From the IMG/VR virus record IMGVR_UViG_3300029986_000023, positions 1-56,139 of that record: DNA of 56,139 nt. One strand, given 5' to 3'. Below, piece after piece: positions 1 to 9,375 of the stretch. Every line of letters starts with the position of its first letter. The stretch's first letter is position 1. Source of the stretch: a virus. Lineage: Duplodnaviria; Caudoviricetes. The translations under genes and the position numbers were made by a program. The notes under the pieces were generated by a model that was given only the letters and a program-made list of their open reading frames with translations, was not told where the DNA came from and ran no database searches.

Positions 1-1712
1 CTGAACGAGTGCGAGGGTCATAGAAGGATTTTAGGAGTAAACAGGGATATATCCGACGGTCGCTCCACCCGTGATCACCTTGATAAATCCTTGTGGGTTA
101 GAGGTCGTTGCTCCAGACGTCCAGGTCGTCGCTGGGGTCGAGGTGGTCGCGGTGTAGGTGATATTGGCTGTCGTACTTCCAATGCCCGAAAGATCAATAC
201 CTCCCGTGAAGCGAGACAAGCCAGCCTTCACGTTGATGGCGTAGGCGTTGGTGAGCGTCGCGTTCGTGCCTGCGATGGGTGCGCCACTGATAGTTACCGT
301 TGATGCAACGGTAAAAGTTGAAGCGGCGGCGGCGGCAAACGTCGGGGCATTAAATAAAACGTAATCTGCTTCTGCAACGGTACCTGTGGCCCATGTCATC
401 GTAGACGTGACCATGTTCAGCTGTGGAGCGTTGTTTGTGGCTGTGATCGACGAGAAATTCGGTGGAGTGATGGAAAGCGAAGCTGGGGCCGAACTTGTAT
501 TGGTAGGCGTGATGGTGACTGATCCTGTGGGTGTAAGAGCAAGGTGAGTTAGCCCACCACCCGCACTCAAAATCATTCCACCGCTATTCTTGGCCCATAA
601 GTTGAGCTGACCAGAATTGCTCCAAATTTGAGCATTGTTCGTCGTAGCCGTCGAAGCACCGCCTGTGAATCCAACAGCACCACCAGCGATGTTTAGAGCA
701 TAACCCTGTGTGATGGTCGCATTCGTTCCCGCGATCGGAGCACCAGAAATAGTTACGGTCGAAGCCACAGTAAAGGTAGAAGCAGCAGCAGCAGCAAAAG
801 TAGGGGCATTAATTTGCATGTAATCAGCCTCTGCAACCGTACCTGTCGCCCACGTTTGAGTAGACGTAACGAACAAGAATTCTGGAGCGTTCACTGTGGT
901 CGTTATACCCGTATTATTTGGCGGCGTCCATGAAGAAAAAGCAACTGCCCCAGATGAAGCTGCAGACCCGTTCCATACTTGTGAGCCAGTGGCTGCAACC
1001 GCTAAAGCAATTGTAGTGTTGTTCACAATAAACTGAAGTGTCGCATTATTCGGTACAACTCGAAAGACCCCTGCACGACCGAAGGTGCCATTATTTTCAG
1101 TAAAACCAACAATTAAACCATAACTACCTGCAACACCACTATTAACTGCAAAATAGGATTCATTGGATGTACCTGAACTCGACGTACTTATTTGTAAGAC
1201 TTGCGTTACATCATTAGTGATGATTGCTTCACCCGAACCATTAGCTCGATGAAAAAAAGCCGTACATAAACCCATACTAAGGTAGCCTGTTGACACGGAG
1301 GCGTTTACTTGAAGCTGACCATCTAAACGAGTTACACCGCCTTTAGACCATAAACAATACCCATTCGTAATTGTAGCATTCGTACCAGCAATTGGAGCAC
1401 CTGAAATAGTAAACGTAGCCGCAGAAGTAATTGTCGAAGCTCCCGCGAACGCCAAAGTGGGCGCATTGAATTGAGCGTAATCGTATTCAGCCAATGCACC
1501 TGTCGCGTAGGTTTGCGTTGAGGTTGCAAGTATAAATTGCGGCGCGTTTGTCGAGAGCGTGATTGCTGTATTGGATGCTGGCGTAAACAAGGCTGTGATG
1601 GGCACGCCTGATGAAGATGCTGTTTGCGCTACGGAAAGAGTAGCCGTTGGCGAAGCTGTGCCAATCCCTAAACGAAAGTTCGTATCGTCCCAAAAGAACT
1701 TGGCATTGTCTT
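1..1712. repeat. Direct repeat with 38013..~39262 (near-identical apart from a 459-bp indel and a diverged patch at ~200-340)
   Basis: Position 1 ctgaacgagtgcgagggtcatagaagg equals 38013; stop codons at 31 and 38043 give an offset of 38,012. Confidence 0.95.
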
Positions 1713-1932
1713 GGGCAAGGACACCGGCTGGACCAACAAATAAAACAGAACCCTGTGTCGCACTAGTAATCGTGTCACCAATGGCTAGTGTTAAAGAACC
1801 AGTCACGGATAAAAGGAGCCGACCGCTTGAATCAACTTGAACTGGACACACCAAACCAGTCGTTGCATCAACCGCTAAAAGGGTTGGACGTGAGTTTGCA
1901 TCTCTTGGCGCGTTTCCATCGGGTGCTGCCAT
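31..1932 (-). CDS. Fibre/spike-like structural protein, module A allele (633 aa, three internal repeats)
   Basis: Thr/Ser/Ala/Gly-rich; DNAKFFWDDTNFRLGIGT fibre-type motif; three ...APTFAAAAASTFT..STVTISGAPIAGTNAT-like repeats; largely near-identical to 38043..39380. Confidence 0.65.
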   Translation of the reverse strand: MAAPDGNAPRDANSRPTLLAVDATTGLVCPVQVDSSGRLLLSVTGSLTLAIGDTITSATQGSVLFVGPAGVLAQDNAKFFWDDTNFRLGIGTASPTATLSVAQTASSSGVPITALFTPASNTAITLSTNAPQFILATSTQTYATGALAEYDYAQFNAPTLAFAGASTITSAATFTISGAPIAGTNATITNGYCLWSKGGVTRLDGQLQVNASVSTGYLSMGLCTAFFHRANGSGEAIITNDVTQVLQISTSSSGTSNESYFAVNSGVAGSYGLIVGFTENNGTFGRAGVFRVVPNNATLQFIVNNTTIALAVAATGSQVWNGSAASSGAVAFSSWTPPNNTGITTTVNAPEFLFVTSTQTWATGTVAEADYMQINAPTFAAAAASTFTVASTVTISGAPIAGTNATITQGYALNIAGGAVGFTGGASTATTNNAQIWSNSGQLNLWAKNSGGMILSAGGGLTHLALTPTGSVTITPTNTSSAPASLSITPPNFSSITATNNAPQLNMVTSTMTWATGTVAEADYVLFNAPTFAAAAASTFTVASTVTISGAPIAGTNATLTNAYAINVKAGLSRFTGGIDLSGIGSTTANITYTATTSTPATTWTSGATTSNPQGFIKVITGGATVGYIPVYS

Positions 1933-1937
1933 ATAGT

Positions 1938-2216
1938 TTAGCTAAATGTTCCTAAAAGATTTCCAGTCGAATTTTCAATCAAACATGCTTGCGTAGTACC
2001 GGAAGGATTTTGACCAAGCATTGATCTAACATCATTTGCATCGCTGGCTGCATTCGTTTGAGTTACCGTGATAGACCCAGAAGCCGCTACAATGCTCGCC
2101 AATAGATAGCCCGTTGCATGGTCGATTTGAAGTGGAACAACTGTACCGCTGGGATTCACTCCTTTAGCTGGTGGTACGCTGTTCGCATCGGGAGCGAAAT
2201 TATCTATTTGTGGCAT
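1938..2216 (-). CDS. Small structural protein, paralogous to the N-terminus of 31..1932
   Basis: Two copies of a (P/S)DAN..P...G.NPSGT motif; resembles APRDANSRPTLLAVDATTG..P.Q.D..G.LL at the fibre N-terminus. Confidence 0.55.
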   Translation of the reverse strand: MPQIDNFAPDANSVPPAKGVNPSGTVVPLQIDHATGYLLASIVAASGSITVTQTNAASDANDVRSMLGQNPSGTTQACLIENSTGNLLGTFS

Positions 2217-2922
2217 ATTTGGTTTTCATTAGATCGAGGGCCGATTTTAACTTCTGACGATCATCAGCGATCTTACTTTCAAGGACTTTCAATTCCTTTC
2301 GTTTCTCATCCACCAGAAGTTCTTGAGCATTCAAATCATCTCGATCGTGATCTAAGGCTTGATATTTACGTTCTAACTTCTCCTCCTCATGGGCTACTGC
2401 ATCACATCGTACTTGTGTTTCTTCTCTTAACTTTTTAGCTTCCGCTTGAGCAAGCTTTACTTTTTGCTCTGCGCTTGTCTTGAGAGAAATAGCATTGGCT
2501 TTTTCTTTCGAGGCAACCGCCAATGATGTTTTGGCCTCACGTAAGGTTTGTTCTACTTGTTCGTGAAGTTGGCTTGTTTGAAACTCCTTAGATGCGATCT
2601 CTTGCATCCTAACCTCCAACCACTCGGCTTTCGCCTTTAGACTTGTCTCAAACTCTTGTAGAGGCTCAAGGGCTTTAGATTTACGTTTCTCAAGCTCCCA
2701 AACAGTCGTTTCGAGGGCATTCTTGCTTATAGTTAGAGGTTCTATGAAGGCTTTATAATCACGTTCATTCGTGAGTTTCTTTAGTTTCAATTCATCATTG
2801 AGGCGGTTCAGATCGTTCGTCTTTTCAGCAAGAGCCTTGGTAATTTTTACCGTCTCCAAAATTACAGCGGCCTTTTGCTCGTCGTAATCTTTTTGAACTT
2901 CTTTCTTGCTGAAAAGTTGCAT
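2200..2922 (-). CDS. Coiled-coil protein (240 aa)
   Basis: Heptad-like K/E/L composition; N-terminus MQLFSKKEV resembles MKLFQKSDL of syntenic 39740..39934. Confidence 0.65.
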   Translation of the reverse strand: MQLFSKKEVQKDYDEQKAAVILETVKITKALAEKTNDLNRLNDELKLKKLTNERDYKAFIEPLTISKNALETTVWELEKRKSKALEPLQEFETSLKAKAEWLEVRMQEIASKEFQTSQLHEQVEQTLREAKTSLAVASKEKANAISLKTSAEQKVKLAQAEAKKLREETQVRCDAVAHEEEKLERKYQALDHDRDDLNAQELLVDEKRKELKVLESKIADDRQKLKSALDLMKTKYATNR

Positions 2923-2932
2923 AAGACTTCTA

Positions 2933-3553
2933 TTAAGTTGTTACGCCTTCAAACTCTTCTGACTGCTTCACCCCTACAACTGCTTTAGGTGGACGTCCCA
3001 TACGTTTCTTTGGGACCGAAACCTCATCTACAACTGGAGCCGGCAGAGCCACACCAGCTAACGATGAAGGAATCGTCAGAGCTTTCATTGTGTACTGTTC
3101 AACCAAATTGGGGTGGCGTGTGTCCCAAATTTGCGTTTTACCTTTTCGAGCCAAGCGTGGATTGCTTTTCAGACCAATATAATGAATAGCGATATCACGA
3201 GCAAAGTGTCGTGGAATACTTTCGTTCAAGAGCAAACGGCCCATCTCGTCATCATCATCGGAATCGATTGAAACGCGATAGACGCAACCTGCCTTAAACG
3301 TGTAGTTACGACTGTCCCATTTACCGGTGAAATCGTGATCCATGTAGTTATAGACCACTTGATTTTTAGGATAGACAGGACGAGCTTGTTTCTTTCCATT
3401 TACCATGGTTGTTGCAACGGTCGGTGATTGACCGCTCATTTTATTCATGGCTTCGGCAACTTGCTTTTGAATCTCGGCATTCATTTCTTGAGGTGTCATA
3501 TTATTCCCTGAATAATCTCCCGATGTTAGCAAGGTGGCAGGGATGCGGGACAT
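2933..3553 (-). CDS. Conserved head-module hypothetical protein
   Basis: NYMDHDFTGKWDSRNYTFK..RHFA aligns with NFTDRTFTWQWNSVSYTFK..EHFA in 39931..40395. Confidence 0.7.
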   Translation of the reverse strand: MSRIPATLLTSGDYSGNNMTPQEMNAEIQKQVAEAMNKMSGQSPTVATTMVNGKKQARPVYPKNQVVYNYMDHDFTGKWDSRNYTFKAGCVYRVSIDSDDDDEMGRLLLNESIPRHFARDIAIHYIGLKSNPRLARKGKTQIWDTRHPNLVEQYTMKALTIPSSLAGVALPAPVVDEVSVPKKRMGRPPKAVVGVKQSEEFEGVTT

Positions 3554-3599
3554 CCTTTTCGAGGATCAGTCTAGCCACCTTGTATTTCCTTCTTGAGAA

Positions 3600-4355
3600 C
3601 TAGCTCAAGTTGAGGAAAGCCATTTGATAATCTGTCGAGGTAAGCGTCTGCATGGCGTAGCCGACGTTTACGAGCGTGGAAGCCCATGTCTTCAGCGCAC
3701 CTGCAGTCGCACCGGAAGGAGCAAGAGCAAGACCAACGGCTGTGCTGGAATCGTTCAACACGTTGCATGGTCCTTTAACCTGCAACCAACCGTAGTAAAG
3801 TTGAGTGCCAACTACAGAAGCCGAGAGAGGATAAATACACACACCTGCTGGAATGCCAGTAGCGGTCGTTGGGGAAACAATCGTGCCCGAGAATGGGTTC
3901 AAGATCATATCGACAACCGAACTAGCTGTAATCGCAACTTGCAAAGGATCAGCCAGCGTCAAGACAACAGTGGTTGAGAGAGCAGCCGCTGGATGAGAAG
4001 CGATCTTGTAGGAGTAACCTTGACCTGGTGCCGAGATGACGGACAAGAAACCTTCCGAATATTGGTTGGCAGTAATCGCGTTCGTACCACCAAGAGCAAC
4101 GCTCACCTGTGTAGCGCCGATTGCGGCCGCGACTGGTGTCAAACCTTGTTCGGTCGTTACCTGAACAGGGCCTTGTTGAAGTTTGCCTGGAATACTCGCT
4201 ACGGTGCCATTTTGGCAATAACGAAATTCCGAACCGTTGTTTGAATACATCTTGGTGCCAAGGGCAACAAGTTCTGTAAGGTCTTGGTTGAATGGGCCGT
4301 TAGATGGCGCGGTCAACGCGGGACCTGTGAAAGCTGTAGCTGGAGCAATAGCCAT
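3600..4355 (-). CDS. Putative capsid decoration/cement protein 2 (module A)
   Basis: Downstream of the MCP; homologue of 40478..41203 (G.EF.Y.Q.G..A..PGK, GWLQVKG/GFLQTKG, VLND..T.VGL); start reassigned to MAIAPAT. Confidence 0.6.
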   Translation of the reverse strand: MAIAPATAFTGPALTAPSNGPFNQDLTELVALGTKMYSNNGSEFRYCQNGTVASIPGKLQQGPVQVTTEQGLTPVAAAIGATQVSVALGGTNAITANQYSEGFLSVISAPGQGYSYKIASHPAAALSTTVVLTLADPLQVAITASSVVDMILNPFSGTIVSPTTATGIPAGVCIYPLSASVVGTQLYYGWLQVKGPCNVLNDSSTAVGLALAPSGATAGALKTWASTLVNVGYAMQTLTSTDYQMAFLNLS

Positions 4356-4375
4356 AAAATAAACTTTTGTGTGAA

Positions 4376-4963
4376 TTAGGAAATTGGAGTAGCGAGCGTT
4401 CCTGAACCGTAGATCGTTCCCGTTACAAACCACTGGGTCGTAGAGAGGCCGATATAGGTTAAGATCGTACCGATCAAACCACCAGTGGTTGTACCGCTCA
4501 TGGTAATTGTCGAGTTTGATGTACCGTTGGCCGCGAAACCAGCCGGAGATGCTGTGGCGATGCTAAGCACCTCAACGGCACCCAAAATGAATTGGGAACC
4601 GGTCGCGAAAGTTGCGACGGAATCACCAACCGATGTGACCGAGGTGGTAACCAGGAAAGTAAACTCGAGACCTTTCGCTGCTGTCGGCAGGACGTATGCC
4701 TTTCCAGCAGCAGTATCAAACAGGAAGATTTGACCGCTTTGAGCAGCCGTGAGAGCCAAGCCGGCGGCTGAACCATTAACGGCGTATGTGCCCTGAGTGG
4801 TACCATTGATAGTTGTGCCAGCAGGAAGTTTTACGCTTGTAACAGTTGAGAAATCTACTAACGAACCAGTGCTCGTAATAGTACCGGTCGTTGTAGCATT
4901 CTTGGCCGTGTTCCAACCGTCCCACATTCCAGGAGGTAAGACGTTTTCTGTTAATAGAGACAT
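4376..4963 (-). CDS. Putative capsid decoration protein 1 (module A)
   Basis: Immediately after the MCP; LTAAQSGQ.FL.D.A.G.AY.LPT and ANGTSN.T..M.G.TTGGLIGT shared with 41223..41804. Confidence 0.6.
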   Translation of the reverse strand: MSLLTENVLPPGMWDGWNTAKNATTTGTITSTGSLVDFSTVTSVKLPAGTTINGTTQGTYAVNGSAAGLALTAAQSGQIFLFDTAAGKAYVLPTAAKGLEFTFLVTTSVTSVGDSVATFATGSQFILGAVEVLSIATASPAGFAANGTSNSTITMSGTTTGGLIGTILTYIGLSTTQWFVTGTIYGSGTLATPIS

Positions 4964-4994
4964 AGCGAAGTTGTTATGCGCCTTGCGCTATGAA

Positions 4995-6032
4995 TTAGAT
5001 ACCTGCCGAGATCGCGTTGAGCTGGGCGTTATAACGTGGGTTTTTGTAGATCATGTTACCCGCAAGCACTGTGAAACCGGACATAATCATCTGGTTTACA
5101 GGGCGTACAAATTCAGTCCAGTGGAAACCGTATTCACGAGCCAATTCTGGGTCTGGTTCACCATCCATGATATCGGCTTCGGCAAACTTCACTGGCTTAC
5201 CTTCTGGCCATTCTGGGAGATATTGAAACTCCATCGACATGTCGTTGATAAACCACATGACGTTCGCAGGAGCGATCATATCAGCCCATACTGACGCATT
5301 GTTGAATTGCAACGCTTTGGTACCACCAAGGCCCAAGTTATAGCTGCGTCCCGCGGCGTTCGTTGGGACTTCAAAACGCATGATAGGATCAAGCAACTGT
5401 TGATAATCCGTGCGCACGGCTGTCGTGGTAAAGATATGATTTACCATTTCGACACCCTGCCAGGTGCTGTCGTAGGTCGAATACATCTGGGCAAGCGTCA
5501 ATTTGTTGAGAGTCGCAGCGTTTACCGTCGCATCCAATGCTGGATATGTAGCGCGGGATTGTCCACCGATTGTTGCAACCGTGTTACCGTTATCAACACC
5601 AGCAGCAAGACCAAGCAAATCTTGACCGTTAGAACCTGCGGCATAGAATTGCGTACCAACAAGCTGCGTCAAGTCGCGTGTATCGGAACCGATCTGGCGC
5701 TCAATCAGGTTAGCCACTTCACCTTCTGTTTGGTTCAGGGCTACATCTGTGTAGTTGAGCGTGGTTGCTTGATATAAGAACGCACATTGATAGATAAGTT
5801 TGATCGTGTTATCAACTTGCGAGTTGCTCAAAAGCTGGGCGCCAACGAACGAACCTTGGTTGGTATTTTCAGTCCACTTGAAAGCATAGGCGGCTTGCGA
5901 ACCTTTCCAGGTCGAGGCTGCACCTTTAGAAATAAAGTGACCGGCGGCAATGTTTCCGACAAGGGCACCTTCAATCAAGCGTTGATAAAGGAACTCGAGT
6001 GTCGAATCTGAGACTTTGTTTGTCAAAGCCAT
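4995..6032 (-). CDS. Major capsid protein (module A, 345 aa)
   Basis: Follows portal and scaffold; LLGLAAGVD.G..VATIGG.SR.TYP motif shared with 42513..43562. Confidence 0.8.
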   Translation of the reverse strand: MALTNKVSDSTLEFLYQRLIEGALVGNIAAGHFISKGAASTWKGSQAAYAFKWTENTNQGSFVGAQLLSNSQVDNTIKLIYQCAFLYQATTLNYTDVALNQTEGEVANLIERQIGSDTRDLTQLVGTQFYAAGSNGQDLLGLAAGVDNGNTVATIGGQSRATYPALDATVNAATLNKLTLAQMYSTYDSTWQGVEMVNHIFTTTAVRTDYQQLLDPIMRFEVPTNAAGRSYNLGLGGTKALQFNNASVWADMIAPANVMWFINDMSMEFQYLPEWPEGKPVKFAEADIMDGEPDPELAREYGFHWTEFVRPVNQMIMSGFTVLAGNMIYKNPRYNAQLNAISAGI

Positions 6033-6046
6033 AAAGTTTTAATTAA

Positions 6047-6850
6047 CTATCTCTGTGATTTAAGAAATTGAGTGAGAGACATATTTCGTACTTGATCTCG
6101 TGACAGGAGATTTGGTTTTGGGGATCGTGAAACGACACCCGAACCAGCCATCTTTTTTGCCACTTCGCGGGAAGGATTTACTTTAGGTACAGTCGCTTCC
6201 TGACGCGTTGCCATGTAGATAGCGAAAGCCTTATCTAAATCGGGAATACGATGACCAAATTCGTTAGGTGATTCCGTGAGTAGATTTGCTGTTTCAATGA
6301 TCTTTTTGATCTGCTTAAAATCAGCATTCTTGTCACCATCAGTGAATTTGATACCTGTTTTTTCTTCCCATTCCTTAGTTTTTTCAGCTTGTAATTCTCG
6401 GAATTGAGACAATGATTTTTGTTCATTGGTCTTTTCTTGAATCTCTTGCTGATGTTCAGCTTCCCTAATTTCTTTAGCTTTTGATGTGATCAGCTTGTTG
6501 AGTGAATCAACAGCTTTTGGATCTTTGCCAACGAGATACTCGGCATCGGGGTCTACGGCAGTCGGCTGTGCTGCCTTAGCACTTTCTGCCAGTTTAGCCT
6601 CTAAGTCGGCGATCTTACTTTCAAGAGCTTTGAAGCGAGGGCGTTGATGGTAAGGAATCTTCTCTTTTGGTTCCACTTCTTCTTTAGTTTGTACGTTGTC
6701 CGCGACTTCTGATTCAACAACAGGTTCTGAAACCACTTCCTCGGTCTTTTCAGGCTCTGGTTGTGGTTCTTCTTTTGATGGCTTCAAGCTTTCAAAACCA
6801 TCACTTAACATGTTGTTATTTATTAAATGCGCTGCAATCGAATCTTTCAT
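6047..6850 (-). CDS. Capsid scaffolding protein (module A)
   Basis: Acidic N-terminus, IPY..RFK motif, coiled coil, directly upstream of the MCP. Confidence 0.7.
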   Translation of the reverse strand: MKDSIAAHLINNNMLSDGFESLKPSKEEPQPEPEKTEEVVSEPVVESEVADNVQTKEEVEPKEKIPYHQRPRFKALESKIADLEAKLAESAKAAQPTAVDPDAEYLVGKDPKAVDSLNKLITSKAKEIREAEHQQEIQEKTNEQKSLSQFRELQAEKTKEWEEKTGIKFTDGDKNADFKQIKKIIETANLLTESPNEFGHRIPDLDKAFAIYMATRQEATVPKVNPSREVAKKMAGSGVVSRSPKPNLLSRDQVRNMSLTQFLKSQR

Positions 6851-6937
6851 ATAATGGATTCAGCCTTTCGGCCTCATTTAATGACTTACGCAGTGCTGTT
6901 CTTTAATGTCTACAACTCGAGGAAAAGACATGATTTG

Positions 6938-7222
6938 TTACTCTGCTGGCTCCTCTTCTTCGTCTCCTTCTGAATATTCATCAGGATCACAAACTTTGAG
7001 GTCTTCCATCATTCCATCAAGGCATTCTTCCCAATCCATCTCGCCCTCTGCGTATTCTTCCAAATGTTCTTCAATGATTGATTTGACGAGCTTCAGGCCT
7101 TTTTCCCGCTGTTCACTAGACAGCATCTCTTTGACGATCTTTGAACCAGTCTTTTTCTCAACGCCCTTAAGAGCTTCTAAATAGTCTTTCCGTTCTTCGC
7201 TATCTGCGAAATAAGGTGTCAT
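6938..7222 (-). CDS. Acidic hypothetical protein
   Basis: ATG-initiated ORF filling the portal-scaffold gap. Confidence 0.6.
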   Translation of the reverse strand: MTPYFADSEERKDYLEALKGVEKKTGSKIVKEMLSSEQREKGLKLVKSIIEEHLEEYAEGEMDWEECLDGMMEDLKVCDPDEYSEGDEEEEPAE

Positions 7223-7230
7223 ATTTTAGG

Positions 7231-9120
7231 TTATTGAATAGGCGGCATTGGGACTGGTGCGGCAGGTCCTGGAGGGCCAGGTGGCGCTGGGGGTGGACCA
7301 GGCGGTGCAGCAGGTGGAGGTGGAGCTGCTGGCTGTTGTGGTGCTGCGGGCGCAGGAGCCTGTTGAGGAGCCATGGCTTGCTGTAACGCTTGCATGGCTT
7401 CTGGTGAAAGCGTCGTATACGCTTGCATATAGGCCATGGGGTTTATCTTGAGCAACATGGCTGCCCCTGCGGTTGCTTTTGGATCGGGATATTCAAGGCG
7501 TTCAAGTTCCGTAACAATGTCTATAGACCCAGAGCCAAATAGATCAACTGCTTCGTTGCGTCGCATCAAAGGATTGCGTGGGAGCATTGAGCCCTCTTCA
7601 ACAGTGATGTTCAAAATCTTAGTCAAATCAGTCTTTGCAACACCCTCTTCATTTGGCTCATCTTGATAGACGTACATCATCTGTGCCATGTAGTTGAAAA
7701 CGAAATCGACCATTTGCTCGATCTGTTCAACGACAGGAGCCGAGCGCGATGTGTCGTCTTGGTTTTTAATGATCTGACCACGCACTGATTCTTCGGAAGC
7801 AGTACCGGAAGGCGTAACACCACGAATCCCGAAGATGTTCTGAATCTCTAAACGTTTATCTTGAATATCCTCGACGATATACGCTGGTAACGCAGGAGCT
7901 TGAAATCGCTGCACAACCTTTGTAATGTCGTCACCTGGTGCCCTGATAGCTCCACCACGTTTTAACGCAGCTACGGCTTGTGTAGCTTGATCCTGATCCA
8001 TCTTGTTAGAGAATACCCAACCGTTATTTGAATCGTCGGCATTCTTGTCGATCTGTTTGGTGCGCTTGTTTAACAAGTCTTGCATCGAGATTGATTGTTC
8101 AATGAACGAAGTGAAGTCAAACGGTCGCTCACCATCATTGAAGAACCACATGAAGCTAAATGGCATTTCAGGATGAATGAAATGGTTAGCTCCAAGAACT
8201 TGTTGTGTCTCGCCAGTCTCCTCTCCATCATCACCTTTAATTGGTTCATCGTAACCATAATTCCAGTGAGGATTCTTATTCTTATCCAAGATATGCCCGC
8301 GCATCTCCCAAAAGACATATTCAGAAGTCCACCACTCACGAAAGCCTAGTACGGTACCTAATTTTCCACCGCATGCACGTGTGAGCCATTCCTTCTGCTC
8401 TGGGAAACGCACGATCAGGTTTTCACCTGAATCAAACACGTATTGACCGATGTAACGACCTGTAAACTTGCCACCATCAAACGTTCCTTTAGGATCAATA
8501 ATAAGTTTCTTTGGATCAACCTTTTCAACGTTGATTGATAAAGTCTTTTGATTCCACGTAACTTTTAGCACTCCGAGTAAGTCAATCAACCAGTCTCGCA
8601 CCGCGGACCGGACTTTAACGCGTAAATGTACTTTGTCTGATACGTCTTCAAGACTACGACCTACAGCGTCGGCTAAAGCAATACCTGTATCTGTATCATC
8701 AGTCTCTACGTTTGGTTCAGGGTCTTCACGGGCTACCATCGGTAACAACGTTTCAACGGCTTGGAAGATTGCGTTATCTACAATTCCATACCCATCACCA
8801 TTGCCTGTGTGACCATTGCTCATTCCGTAATGTTCACCTTTGTAGTATTTGAAGTTCCTTGAAGAACGCATCTTTACTTCCGCGTAGTAACCAGCAAACT
8901 CAGAAGTCCATGTAGAAGTGAGTGTTGATAACTCCTCGTCAGTCATCTCCAAACTAAGAACATCCTCGGGTGAGGTGATGCGCCCTTCTGTTTGGTTATC
9001 AATAGCTTTCTTTGTTTTGTTGAAAGGTGCGAAAAGACCACCCACTTGGTCAATAATGCCCTTAAGTGCAGGGTTGATTCCACCTGTCTCTGATCGTTTG
9101 CGACCGATGCCTGAAGCCAT
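7231..9120 (-). CDS. Portal protein (module A, P22-like, Pro-rich tail)
   Basis: After TerL; DN.IF.A.ET..P, KNPHWNY and EGSM.P..P..RRNEAV.LF motifs shared with 44529..46415. Confidence 0.85.
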   Translation of the reverse strand: MASGIGRKRSETGGINPALKGIIDQVGGLFAPFNKTKKAIDNQTEGRITSPEDVLSLEMTDEELSTLTSTWTSEFAGYYAEVKMRSSRNFKYYKGEHYGMSNGHTGNGDGYGIVDNAIFQAVETLLPMVAREDPEPNVETDDTDTGIALADAVGRSLEDVSDKVHLRVKVRSAVRDWLIDLLGVLKVTWNQKTLSINVEKVDPKKLIIDPKGTFDGGKFTGRYIGQYVFDSGENLIVRFPEQKEWLTRACGGKLGTVLGFREWWTSEYVFWEMRGHILDKNKNPHWNYGYDEPIKGDDGEETGETQQVLGANHFIHPEMPFSFMWFFNDGERPFDFTSFIEQSISMQDLLNKRTKQIDKNADDSNNGWVFSNKMDQDQATQAVAALKRGGAIRAPGDDITKVVQRFQAPALPAYIVEDIQDKRLEIQNIFGIRGVTPSGTASEESVRGQIIKNQDDTSRSAPVVEQIEQMVDFVFNYMAQMMYVYQDEPNEEGVAKTDLTKILNITVEEGSMLPRNPLMRRNEAVDLFGSGSIDIVTELERLEYPDPKATAGAAMLLKINPMAYMQAYTTLSPEAMQALQQAMAPQQAPAPAAPQQPAAPPPPAAPPGPPPAPPGPPGPAAPVPMPPIQ

Positions 9121-9122
9121 AC

Positions 9123-9157
9123 AAAAAAGGCGACAAAGAATGAATCTTGTCGCCCCT
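9123..9157 (-). terminator. Terminator-like hairpin plus U-tract directly before the portal ATG
   Basis: Minus strand GGCGACAA-N10-TTGTCGCC-TTTTTT-GT-ATG. Confidence 0.6.
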
Positions 9158-9195
9158 CTCGTTACAAGCTAGGGCTTTCTAGCTAGAATTAAACA

Positions 9196-9375
9196 CTAAA
9201 CTTTTGGATGTGTCAAATATAAATGTTTCTCGCATTTAGAATAGTTACCCAAATCATCAAAGTGAGCGACAAAACTTCCCTGTGTCATATCAAATAATCC
9301 GTCCTGCGCGAAAGCAATGATCTTATCAAAATGCATATCACAATAAGCGTGAAATGCTTCTGAACTAGATGTCAC
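9196..9375 (-). CDS. Small conserved protein between TerL and portal
   Basis: GLFDMTQGSFVAHFD resembles GAFDIAEGSVTIHYD of syntenic 46480..46686; likely GTG start at 9375. Confidence 0.6.
   Translation of the reverse strand: MTSSSEAFHAYCDMHFDKIIAFAQDGLFDMTQGSFVAHFDDLGNYSKCEKHLYLTHPKV

Noticed and set aside
31-1712. DGR template/variable repeat pair with 38043..39262
   Set aside because: Differences are not adenine-specific, both copies are full genes, and no reverse transcriptase is present.
6855-6890. Hammerhead ribozyme (minus strand AUGA-GGCC-GAAA-GGCU-GAA)
   Set aside because: The CUGA core is replaced by UAAA, GAAA is GAAU, and stems I and III are not evident.
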